IMG/VR virus record: IMGVR_UViG_3300044655_003531
Coordinates: 64,001-128,000 of that record
Source: a virus
Lineage: Duplodnaviria > Heunggongvirae > Uroviricota > Caudoviricetes
Length of the DNA stretch: 64,000 nt
Reading direction: 5' to 3' (one strand)
In this document: one piece after another, positions 10,197 through 18,293 of the stretch
How the letters are laid out: every line of letters starts with the position of its first letter
Numbering within the stretch: the first letter of the stretch is position 1
Notes under the pieces: model-generated
What the model was told of the DNA's origin: nothing
The model's database searches: none
The model's input: only the letters and a program-made list of their open reading frames with translations
Position numbers and translations under genes: made by a program

Positions 10197-11180
10197 GTGA
10201 AACACCTCCAATCCTTTTCCCTGTTCGAAGCTCGGAAGACTTCAGATCTGACCCAAAAGCAAAAGACTTTCCTGACCAAATACACGCAAGGGACCTGGTC
10301 GGTCAACCGACAGACCGGTCTGGTCGATGTGGAAGGAGATTTTGACTGTAGTTACAGCGGACTGAGGTCTCTATCGGGCATCTCGTTCGGACATGTCAGT
10401 GGGAATTTCTCCTGTGCCGGCAACGATCTGACCTCCCTGGCCGGGGCACCCCAGACGGTGGGTGGGTATTTCTCCTGCGACAACAACCAGCTGACCTCCC
10501 TGGTCGGGGCACCCCAGACGGTGTGTGGGAGTTTCTTCTGTCAAGGCAACCATCTGACCTCCCTGGCAGGGGCACCTCAGACGGTGGGTGGGGTTTTCGA
10601 CTGTTCCGGCAACCAGCTGACGACCCTGGCCGGGGCACCTCAGAAGGTAAATAGGAGTTTCGGCTGTTCCGGCAATCGACTGATCTCTCTGGCCGGGGCA
10701 CCTCAGACGGTGGGTGGGAATTTCTACTGCGACAACAACCAGCTGACCTCCCTGGTCGGGGCACCTCAGACGGTGGGTCGGGATTTCTGGTGTTCCCACA
10801 ACCGGCTGACGACCCTGGTCGGGGCACCTCAGACGGTGGGTGGGTATTTCTTCTGCGACTCTTTCAAACTCCGGAGTGGGGAATGGAATCCCCAGGGCTG
10901 GTTGGCCATTCTGGCCACTGGAGATAGAAAAGCCCGGAGGCTGATTGTGACCCTGCCCATGTTCGATGCCGGCTTCTGGCTGCAGAAACTGAAGGGAGAC
11001 TTGAAGAAAGACGGTCAGGTGCTTCTGCAGCTGGCAGACCTCTGGGATAAGTCAGGCTGGGAGGAGCAGAGACAGGAGATCGAACAGAGACTCAGTCCTG
11101 AGCAGCTTCGGGTCATCAAGGCCCTAAAGACCAAATTGGGCTACGTCAATCCCTGGAAAGACTTTGACGGGATTGTCTAG
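10197..11180 (+). CDS. Variable LRR protein copy A (7 GAPQ repeats)
   Basis: GTG start 4 nt after GATATATA (10185-10192); MKHLQSFSLFE tag; 21-aa repeat V-x-G-x-F-x-C-x-x-N-Q-L-T-S/T-L-x-G-A-P-Q-T. Confidence 0.9.
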   Translation: MKHLQSFSLFEARKTSDLTQKQKTFLTKYTQGTWSVNRQTGLVDVEGDFDCSYSGLRSLSGISFGHVSGNFSCAGNDLTSLAGAPQTVGGYFSCDNNQLTSLVGAPQTVCGSFFCQGNHLTSLAGAPQTVGGVFDCSGNQLTTLAGAPQKVNRSFGCSGNRLISLAGAPQTVGGNFYCDNNQLTSLVGAPQTVGRDFWCSHNRLTTLVGAPQTVGGYFFCDSFKLRSGEWNPQGWLAILATGDRKARRLIVTLPMFDAGFWLQKLKGDLKKDGQVLLQLADLWDKSGWEEQRQEIEQRLSPEQLRVIKALKTKLGYVNPWKDFDGIV

Positions 11181-11193
11181 AGATATATAAGGC

Positions 11194-11976
11194 GTGAAAC
11201 ACCTCCAATCCTTTTCCCTGTTCGAAGCCCGGAAGACTTCAGGCCTGACCCAAAAGCAAAAGACTTTCCTGACCAAATACACGCAAGGGACCTGGTCGGT
11301 CAACCAGCAGACCGGTCTGGTCGATGTGAAAGGAGATTTTGACTGTAGTTACAAAAGACTGAAGTCTCTGCGGGGAATCTCGTTCGGACATGTCAGTGGG
11401 GATTTCTGGTGTTTCAGAAACCAGCTGACGACCCTGGCCGGGGCACCCCAGACGGTGGGTGGGAGTTTCTTCTGTGGCGGCAACCAGCTGAAGACCCTGG
11501 CCGGGGCACCCCAGACGGTGGGTGGGGATTTCTACTGTCAAGGCAACCAGCTGACTTCCCTGGTCGGGGCACCCCAGACGGTAAATGGGGATTTCTACTG
11601 TTTCAGAAACCAGCTGACGACCCTGGCCGGGGCACCCCAGACGGTGAGGGAGGGTTTCTACTGCGACTCTTTCGAAGTCCGAAGTGGGAAATGGAATCCC
11701 CAGGGCTGGACCGAGATTCTGGCCAAAAAAAATAGCAAAGCCCGGAGCCTGATTGTGATCCTGTTCGATGCCGGCTTCTGGCTGCAGAAACTGAAGGGAG
11801 ATCTGAAGAAAGACGGCCAGGTGCTCCTGCAGCTGGCAGACCTCTGGGATGAACCAGGCTGGGAGGAGCAGAGACAGAAGATCGAACAGAGACTCAGTCC
11901 TGAGCAGCTTCGGGTCATCAAGGCCCTAAAGACCAAATTGGGCTACGTCGATCCCTGGAAGGACGGGATTGTCTAG
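11194..11976 (+). CDS. Variable LRR protein copy B (4 GAPQ repeats)
   Basis: Same caps and repeat; GATATATA at 11182-11189. Confidence 0.9.
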   Translation: MKHLQSFSLFEARKTSGLTQKQKTFLTKYTQGTWSVNQQTGLVDVKGDFDCSYKRLKSLRGISFGHVSGDFWCFRNQLTTLAGAPQTVGGSFFCGGNQLKTLAGAPQTVGGDFYCQGNQLTSLVGAPQTVNGDFYCFRNQLTTLAGAPQTVREGFYCDSFEVRSGKWNPQGWTEILAKKNSKARSLIVILFDAGFWLQKLKGDLKKDGQVLLQLADLWDEPGWEEQRQKIEQRLSPEQLRVIKALKTKLGYVDPWKDGIV

Positions 11977-11990
11977 AGATATATAAGGGC

Positions 11991-13094
11991 GTGAAACACC
12001 TCCAATCCTTTTCCCTGTTCGAAGCCCGGAAGACTTCAGATCTGACCCAAAAGCAAAAGACTTTCCTGACCAAATACACGCAAGGGACCTGGTCGGTCAA
12101 CCCAGAGACAGGGCTAGTGGATGTAAAGGGAAGTTTTGCTTGTGGGGGTAAAAGATTAAAGAGCTTACAGGGCATCTCGTTCGGACATGTCAGTGGGAAT
12201 TTCTACTGTTCCGTCAACCAGCTGACCTCCCTGGCAGGGGCACCCCAGAAGGTGAGTGGGGATTTCTCCTGTTTCAGAAACCAGCTGACCTCTCTGGTCG
12301 GGGCACCTCAGACGGTGGATGGGCATTTTTACTGTGGCGGCAACCGGCTGACGACCCTGGTCGGGGCACCCCAGACGGTGGATGGGGATTTAGACTGTTC
12401 CTACAACCAGCTGACGACCCTGGCCGGGGCACCTCAGACGATGGATGGGCATTTCTTCTGTTCCTACAACCAGCTGACGACCCTGGTCGGGGCACCTCAG
12501 ACGGTGGGTGGGTATTTCTCCTGTTCCAGAAACCAGCTGACCTCCCTGTCAGGGGCACCCCAGAAGGTGGGTGGGAATTTCTCCTGTTCCGGCAACCAGC
12601 TGACCTCCCTGGCAGGGGCACCCCAGACGGTGGATGGGTATTTCTCCTGTTCCTACAACCAGCTGACGACCCTGGCCGGGGCACCTCAGACGGTGGGTGG
12701 GAATTTCTACTGCGACAATAACCGGCTGACCTCCCTGGTCGGGGCACCACAGACGGTGGGTGGGATTCTCCGGTGCGACTCTTTCACACTCCAAAGTGGG
12801 GCATGGAATCCCCTGGGCTGGACCAAGATTCTGGCCACTGGAGATAGCGAAGCCCGGAGCCTGATTGTGACCCTGCCCATGTTCGATGCCGGCTTCTGGC
12901 TGCAGAAACTGAAGGGAGACCTGAAGAAAGACGGCCAGGTGCTCCTGCAGCTGGCAGACCTCTGGGATAAGTCAGGCTGGGAGGAGCAGAGACAGGAGAT
13001 CGAACAGAGACTCAGTCCTGAGCAGCTTCGGGTCATTAAGGCCCTGAAGACCAAATTGGGCTACGTCGATCCCTGGAAGGACGGGATTGTCTAG
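11991..13094 (+). CDS. Variable LRR protein copy C (9 GAPQ repeats)
   Basis: Same caps and repeat; GATATATA at 11978-11985. Confidence 0.9.
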   Translation: MKHLQSFSLFEARKTSDLTQKQKTFLTKYTQGTWSVNPETGLVDVKGSFACGGKRLKSLQGISFGHVSGNFYCSVNQLTSLAGAPQKVSGDFSCFRNQLTSLVGAPQTVDGHFYCGGNRLTTLVGAPQTVDGDLDCSYNQLTTLAGAPQTMDGHFFCSYNQLTTLVGAPQTVGGYFSCSRNQLTSLSGAPQKVGGNFSCSGNQLTSLAGAPQTVDGYFSCSYNQLTTLAGAPQTVGGNFYCDNNRLTSLVGAPQTVGGILRCDSFTLQSGAWNPLGWTKILATGDSEARSLIVTLPMFDAGFWLQKLKGDLKKDGQVLLQLADLWDKSGWEEQRQEIEQRLSPEQLRVIKALKTKLGYVDPWKDGIV

Positions 13095-13125
13095 AGATAT
13101 AACATAGGTAAAGTATATATAGATA

Positions 13126-14007
13126 ATGAAAGAAAAAATAAGAAGGATTCAAAACTTCAGAGATTTTAGCAACTTGAATAGTTCCTTTAATTTAGATTTA
13201 GTTCTGGAAAAAATGGGTCGAAGAAGCCCAGTTGAATTGGCAAATTTACTGGAAAAATCCATCAAAGGTCTAGGAACGGACGAAGAACTGTTGCTGAAAA
13301 CTTTATTAGAAATTCCTGATTTGAAAACTCTGGGGGAAATTGATGCCATTTTTGCTAAATTTCCAGCCGTTTATTCATATAGAAGTGTTGGATCCCTTAT
13401 TAATTCCGAGTTAGGTTTTTTTGATCAGAAAATAATCGATGAAATAAAAAAACACACGGATCAATTGAAAGTCACAAATGACTTCTTACAAAAACAAGAA
13501 GAATCTCGTTTGAAGGACGAAAAAGTTAGAAGAACCGCGGAAGAAAGCATTAAATTGCACGAGGGTATTAAATATCAAATTTACCGGGACTCTAGAAAAA
13601 ATCTATCAATTGGAATTGGAATGAATCTAGAAAGATCGGATGCAGATACCAGGTTAAAGGAAATTGGGGCCAATCCAAAATTAATCAGGTCGGGAAAAGA
13701 GAAATTGAATGACAGTCAAATTCAGATTCTGTTTAAAAAAGACGTGGATAAAGCTATCGAAGATGCCAAATCTCTGGTTCCTGATTTGGGTCAACAGCCC
13801 TTACCGGTACAATGTGTTTTGATAGAAATGGCATTCAACCTCGGAAAGTCGGGCCTGTCCGAATTCAAAAAATTCTTATCTCACATCCAAAACATGAATT
13901 ACAAATTGGCTTCCCAAGAGATGCTCAATTCAACCTGGGCCAAGCAAGTGGGGAACAGAGCAAAAGAGCTGGCCAAAAGAATTGAAACTTACGAAGTAAA
14001 AAAATAA
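13126..14007 (+). CDS. Annexin-repeat + phage lysozyme (GH24-like) fusion with capsid-targeting-like N-terminus
   Basis: LEKSIKGLGTDEELLLKTLLEI matches the annexin K-G-x-G-T-D-E motif; C-terminal IKLHEGIKYQIYRDSRKNLSIGIGMNL...EMAFNLG...STWAKQVGNRA is T4-type lysozyme-like. Confidence 0.8.
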   Translation: MKEKIRRIQNFRDFSNLNSSFNLDLVLEKMGRRSPVELANLLEKSIKGLGTDEELLLKTLLEIPDLKTLGEIDAIFAKFPAVYSYRSVGSLINSELGFFDQKIIDEIKKHTDQLKVTNDFLQKQEESRLKDEKVRRTAEESIKLHEGIKYQIYRDSRKNLSIGIGMNLERSDADTRLKEIGANPKLIRSGKEKLNDSQIQILFKKDVDKAIEDAKSLVPDLGQQPLPVQCVLIEMAFNLGKSGLSEFKKFLSHIQNMNYKLASQEMLNSTWAKQVGNRAKELAKRIETYEVKK

Positions 14008-14015
14008 AAAAAAAA

Positions 14016-14579
14016 ATGAAAATACTGAACTTCGGAGAATTTAGGGATCAGATCAGTGAAAATCTGCAATATCACCTCCAAAATGATCTGACTCTAGCCA
14101 CTAGCGTCTTTAGAATTGGCTCCGAAGCCTGGTACGGGGTAATAGATGAGACTAGACGCCTTTGGGAATCAAATTCGATTGAATTAGACGACGACGACAC
14201 TTTTTTGATTAGCACCGAACTGGGCCGAAGGGGAATCTTTGAAGGGAAAGAGGTGTGGCTGGATTTACCTCTCCCTGAAGAGGATCTGCACGAGGCAGAA
14301 TATAAGGGCAGGAAGGTTTCTCTGAACAAACCTTTCAGAACCCCGGGTGCTCCTAGAAAATTTGGGGTTTACACTAAAAACGAGTCTGGTAACGTCGTTC
14401 TAGTTAGATTCGGCCAGCCAGGTATGAGAATAAGAAATGACGATCCTCAGAGATCAAAATCTTTTAGAGCAAGACACAATTGTGATAACCCAGGTCCCAA
14501 ATGGAAAGCCAGATACTGGTCCTGTAACGTGTCAAGATACAGAAAACTACTGGGCATTAAATCTTCAAGTCCATGGTAG
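14016..14579 (+). CDS. Conserved hypothetical head-associated protein
   Basis: N-term MKILNFGEF..ISE tag; basic C-terminal domain KFGVY..VRFG..RSKSFRARHNC..ARYWSC common in large phages. Confidence 0.7.
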   Translation: MKILNFGEFRDQISENLQYHLQNDLTLATSVFRIGSEAWYGVIDETRRLWESNSIELDDDDTFLISTELGRRGIFEGKEVWLDLPLPEEDLHEAEYKGRKVSLNKPFRTPGAPRKFGVYTKNESGNVVLVRFGQPGMRIRNDDPQRSKSFRARHNCDNPGPKWKARYWSCNVSRYRKLLGIKSSSPW

Positions 14580-14878
14580 AGTCTAGACCTTTTTCAGAAA
14601 AACAGATCGAGGAAAGCACCTACGAAAGATTCTTTTCTGCTAAAACAGACAGATCCGAACTTCATTGGCACATTGATCTAGAAGATCGATTGGTGAGGGC
14701 TCTCGAAGAAAACGACTGGTTGATTCAGTTGGACAACGATCTACCTCGGGAAATAGGGGAGCACGAATTACTTATTCCCCAAGGCGTGTGGCACAGACTG
14801 ATTCAGGGAACTTCCGATCTCAGGATCTCGGTCAAGAAACTGAATCGGAATTTGACGTCATTAGAGTCTGAATCCTGA
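14573..14878 (+). CDS. Small cupin-fold protein
   Basis: ELHWHIDLEDR and LIPQGVWHRLIQG fit the two cupin His motifs. Confidence 0.65.
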   Translation: MVESRPFSEKQIEESTYERFFSAKTDRSELHWHIDLEDRLVRALEENDWLIQLDNDLPREIGEHELLIPQGVWHRLIQGTSDLRISVKKLNRNLTSLESES

Positions 14879-15275
14879 TTCTAGCTCTTTCTGAAATAGG
14901 GATCGAATTACCGTCCTCGTCTATTCTAACAAATCTGATGTGGGTTCTTAGAATTAATCTCTGCTCACCCGTATAAACATTGTGGGCTCTAGCTTCAACA
15001 TAGAGAGTGATAGAGGAGTTTCCTATTTGTGATGGCAGCCCGTAAATTTTAAGCAACTGACCTTCTCGAGCTGGTTTTTCAAAGAAGCACTTATCAATGG
15101 AGACAGTCACCATTCGGGGAGTGTCGCACAACTGCATGGCGTATCCAGCAGCAGCAGCATCTATCCACTTCAGGAGCTGACCTCCGAACAAATTACCGTG
15201 AAATCCTAGATCTGATTTTTTTACTGGGTACATGGAAAGCATTTCCATGCTATGTAAAATCTTATCCTGCATCAA
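14832..15275 (-). CDS. Acyl-CoA thioesterase (hotdog fold, YciA-like); start may be 15248
   Basis: DLGFHGNLFGGQLLKWID, VTVSID, GNSSITLYVE, FVRIDEDG. Confidence 0.85.
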   Translation of the reverse strand: MMQDKILHSMEMLSMYPVKKSDLGFHGNLFGGQLLKWIDAAAAGYAMQLCDTPRMVTVSIDKCFFEKPAREGQLLKIYGLPSQIGNSSITLYVEARAHNVYTGEQRLILRTHIRFVRIDEDGNSIPISERARIRIQTLMTSNSDSVS

Positions 15276-15586
15276 AAAAGGAGCCAGACCAAATTAATCG
15301 CGGTAAACTTAGGATCAAAACCAAAAGCCACCTGTAGAACTACAAGGGATGACAAAATAACAATTCTTTTTTTGTTTAAAAATTTTTCTTTTTTAGGTTG
15401 CATATTTATATTCTTAGAAAAAATAGAATCGGACGGGACTAATGAACTTGAAGAAATAGTATATGCTAAAAGAGAATCCTCATTCTCTATAGGATTAACA
15501 ATTTCGCAAGAATCTACCGATTGTGCATTCGCCGAAAACACACAAGTGAACGCCAATAGGAATAAAGTCACTACAATTTTTTTCAT
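15272..15586 (-). CDS. Hypothetical secreted/membrane protein
   Basis: Signal peptide MKKIVVTLFLLAFTCVFSANAQ and hydrophobic C-terminus. Confidence 0.65.
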   Translation of the reverse strand: MKKIVVTLFLLAFTCVFSANAQSVDSCEIVNPIENEDSLLAYTISSSSLVPSDSIFSKNINMQPKKEKFLNKKRIVILSSLVVLQVAFGFDPKFTAINLVWLLF

Positions 15587-15592
15587 AATTTT

Positions 15593-16837
15593 TTATTTGT
15601 TTCTTGCCTGTTCTTGCTGTATTTTTAATTTTTGGGCTGCCGCTCCCCTGAAATTATCCAAATTTCTTTTGATCCTTTGCTGTTCTTGGAGATTTAGGCT
15701 AGAAAAAGCTGGCATTTCAACCACAGCCTTCATTTTCTCGTAGGAGATCTCTGGATTTCCGGTTTGGAAGGCGGCCAATGAATATTCATCCAGCAGTCTC
15801 CACTGCCAAACTTCAGGTTCCACAAAGAGGATATCTTGGGTGCCTGGATTTTTTAGGGCCATGCTTCCGTAGGTGAAAGATAGAATCCATCTGTTTTGCT
15901 CCCTTAATTTTCTCATGCAGTGAAAAACTGCCTCCAACCTTTCGGGCCGGAATTCCCAGGCTTTAGAATAGGCGGTAATAACTTCTTCAATCGGATGCCC
16001 CAGTTTTTCTTTGATCCTGCCTATCATGTACATCGAGTAGTAAACCTCTTCAGGCCAGCCTCCGGCGTCAACTCTTTTTTGATACCAGGTCAGAGATTTT
16101 TCGTGCTGGGAAGAATCCCGATAACTTTGGGCGAGATAAAACATGTACCGGGTGTTGTTGGGATCTTCCTGCAGAGCCTGAAGTAGAATATCCGCATCTT
16201 TGGAATATTTTTCTTCCAATGAAGATGCTCTTTTCAAAGGAGAAATGTTAGCATTGACCAGACACCTATCACCAGGTATTTGAGCTTGAACTAGAGGTGC
16301 CTTGCCGGGAAGCTCTAAATACTCGTGGAGAACTCCCCGATAAACCCAATCCTGGTCAGATCTGACTATCTGGGCCCTAAAATACTGCAATGAGTTCAAT
16401 TTATACTGCAGTTGAAAGCAATCTATATCGGCAGGCAAATCCATGAAAGGATTGGTGCCAGGTTTAAGGTTTGTAAAGGTGTCGTCGGCATCAATGATCC
16501 ATCTGTAGTCACAAATTCCTTTGGAGAGTTCCAGGCTTTCTGTTCTATTCACCTCGAAATTAACCCAAGGCCTGTGGTGGAGCTCCCCTGGAATTCCTAG
16601 ATCCTGCATGGTAGTTTCGATCACTTGAACCGTGTTATCAGAGGAACCTGTGTCACAGATGACCCAATAAGAAATAAAAGGGGCAACGTGTGTAAGACAT
16701 TTTCTAATGGTGTCCTCCTCGTCTTTGACGATCATAACCAGACAGAGAGAATATGTTTGGCGGGGGTCTTTAGGTTTGATAGAAGAAGATACTTGTGAAG
16801 CTGGAAAAATATCAGTTTCTGGCAGAATTTCAGGCAT
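15593..16837 (-). CDS. Glycosyltransferase family 2 with C-terminal TPR repeats
   Basis: LVMIVKDEE, ICDTGSSDNT, IIDADD, YRGVLHE; TPR-like RYMFYLAQSYRD, EEVYYS, PERLEA. Confidence 0.88.
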   Translation of the reverse strand: MPEILPETDIFPASQVSSSIKPKDPRQTYSLCLVMIVKDEEDTIRKCLTHVAPFISYWVICDTGSSDNTVQVIETTMQDLGIPGELHHRPWVNFEVNRTESLELSKGICDYRWIIDADDTFTNLKPGTNPFMDLPADIDCFQLQYKLNSLQYFRAQIVRSDQDWVYRGVLHEYLELPGKAPLVQAQIPGDRCLVNANISPLKRASSLEEKYSKDADILLQALQEDPNNTRYMFYLAQSYRDSSQHEKSLTWYQKRVDAGGWPEEVYYSMYMIGRIKEKLGHPIEEVITAYSKAWEFRPERLEAVFHCMRKLREQNRWILSFTYGSMALKNPGTQDILFVEPEVWQWRLLDEYSLAAFQTGNPEISYEKMKAVVEMPAFSSLNLQEQQRIKRNLDNFRGAAAQKLKIQQEQARNK

Positions 16838-16852
16838 AGAAAATTATTTCTC

Positions 16853-16880
16853 ATTATATTCTAGGAAGAGAAAAAATTTC
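16853..16880 (-). promoter_or_regulatory. Putative early/middle promoter GAAAT-N17-TATAAT
   Basis: Minus strand GAAATTTTTTCTCTTCCTAGAATATAAT; perfect -10 hexamer. Confidence 0.55.
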
Positions 16881-16922
16881 AGGAATGACGAATAAAAAGT
16901 GAGAATTTTTTCTCAAAGAGGT

Positions 16923-17612
16923 TTACACTCGCTTGATATCTCTAATCTTTTGAAGCATGAGGCCTCTACCTGCATAAAAGGTAAAATCCGCCTCCATCTT
17001 CCAATTTCCTTCTTTGGTGTGAGCCATCAACTCTAGATTTTGAACTAGATCCTGCGGTTCAAGTGAAACACACTTCTGGTCGGAAGAAGATTCAAAGTTC
17101 ATCTTTGCCATTTTATTACCAGTCCAGATAACAGCCCTCAAGTTGCTGATTTGGACATCCAGAATCTTGACCACTTGATGATCTTGAAGAAGTTCTAATT
17201 TAAAACAGGGTTTTCTGGAGTTGCCATGAGAGGTCAAAGTCAATAAACTGTGGGATTTACTTGCCAGTAAAGAAGGGATGGAGGGATTGTAAAGAGAAAA
17301 GATAGGGTAACAACCGGGATACTTGTGTCTTTTGAATACAATCCGCTGTCCTTTCAGGATATCCTCCAACTGGGAGAGCATATGGTCGACCGAGGTGAAA
17401 TTCTTGGACTTGAGGTAGACCACGGGATTTCTACTCAAAGAAACCCGATAGGGAGAAATTTCAATCCCCAGAGACAACCACCGTGTTTCTAAAAATTTGG
17501 CAATCTCTTCAAGATGATTCCGATCCGAGGTGGATGTTTTAGATTTATGGGTCAGAGAATTCTTAAACTTATCGATGAAATCATCAACCAAGGAAAACTT
17601 GTAGGCAGACAT
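16923..17612 (-). CDS. Hypothetical protein
   Basis: 229-aa ORF; no motif recognised. Confidence 0.65.
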   Translation of the reverse strand: MSAYKFSLVDDFIDKFKNSLTHKSKTSTSDRNHLEEIAKFLETRWLSLGIEISPYRVSLSRNPVVYLKSKNFTSVDHMLSQLEDILKGQRIVFKRHKYPGCYPIFSLYNPSIPSLLASKSHSLLTLTSHGNSRKPCFKLELLQDHQVVKILDVQISNLRAVIWTGNKMAKMNFESSSDQKCVSLEPQDLVQNLELMAHTKEGNWKMEADFTFYAGRGLMLQKIRDIKRV

Positions 17613-17635
17613 AGAAAAAAATTAGAACTGAAAAA

Positions 17636-18268
17636 TTATTCTGAATCAGGGGTCCGGTTTAGTTCTAAGGCCTTCACGATCTTCTTGTAAACGCTCTCGC
17701 TACCTTTGGCGGCATTATATTTTTTCAGTTTTCTGTTTTTTGTGTAGAGATCAATCAGGGGTGCAGTTTTTTCTTCATAGTCTCTGAATCTTTTAGCCAC
17801 CACCTCTGGATCTTTGTCGTCCTTCCGGTCTTCTCTTTCCGCCCTGGCAGTAATTCTGCCTTTGGCCGTTTCTTCGTCTATATCCAGATAGATGGTGTGG
17901 CTCAGGCCCAAGCCCATTTTTCCGAGCAAAGAATCTAACAGAGAGGCTTGTTTAACGGTCCGGGGGAATCCGTCAATAATGATCCCATCATCAGGATCAA
18001 TTTTCTTCAGTTCCCTCCGGATCATCTTTACAACTGTCTGATCGTCGATGAAATCACCCCGTTCAACTTTTTTCTTGATCTCCGGGTTTTTTGATTTCCT
18101 GAGCAATTCTCCGGTTGAAATGTGGTGGAAGCCTTGCCTATCTGCCAGTTTTTCGGAAAAAGTTCCTTTACCTGATCCCGGAGGTCCCATCACAACTAGA
18201 ATTTTTCCTTGAGAATCCGGCAATTCTCTTTCTATTAAAAAATCTGAGAAATTCTTAACTAAATCCAT
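17636..18268 (-). CDS. adk: Adenylate kinase family (short LID) with capsid-targeting-like N-terminal extension
   Basis: GPPGSGKGT P-loop, HISTGELLR, IIDGFPRT, R..DD; preceded by MDLVKNFSDFLIERE; GATATATA at 18273-18280. Confidence 0.9.
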   Translation of the reverse strand: MDLVKNFSDFLIERELPDSQGKILVVMGPPGSGKGTFSEKLADRQGFHHISTGELLRKSKNPEIKKKVERGDFIDDQTVVKMIRRELKKIDPDDGIIIDGFPRTVKQASLLDSLLGKMGLGLSHTIYLDIDEETAKGRITARAEREDRKDDKDPEVVAKRFRDYEEKTAPLIDLYTKNRKLKKYNAAKGSESVYKKIVKALELNRTPDSE

Positions 18269-18293
18269 GTGCTATATATCCAAACATAACTCG

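Larger units (their letters stand above)
10184..13101 (+). repeat. Tandem triplication of a promoter+LRR gene unit (units 10184-11180, 11181-11976, 11977-13094, plus a 7-nt stub)
   Basis: Each unit starts AGATATATAAGG(G)CGTGAAACACCTCC and ends GGGATTGTCTAG; near-identical N- and C-terminal coding DNA; internal 63-nt repeats differ in number and sequence. Confidence 0.95.

Noticed and set aside
10400-12780. 63-nt repeats as a CRISPR array
   Set aside because: The repeats are in-frame coding units with variation at codon positions; there are no unique spacers, no leader and no cas genes.
10371-13054. Antisense and alternate-frame ORFs over the LRR trio
   Set aside because: Shadow ORFs caused by GC-rich coding repeats; no promoter motif or plausible product.
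10197-13094. Complete canonical DGR in this window
   Set aside because: No reverse transcriptase, accessory gene or non-coding template repeat was seen; kept only as a testable trans-acting hypothesis.
16900-16916. Inverted repeat TGAGAA-N4-TTCTCA as a terminator
   Set aside because: AT-rich 6-bp stem with no convincing U tract; too weak to call.
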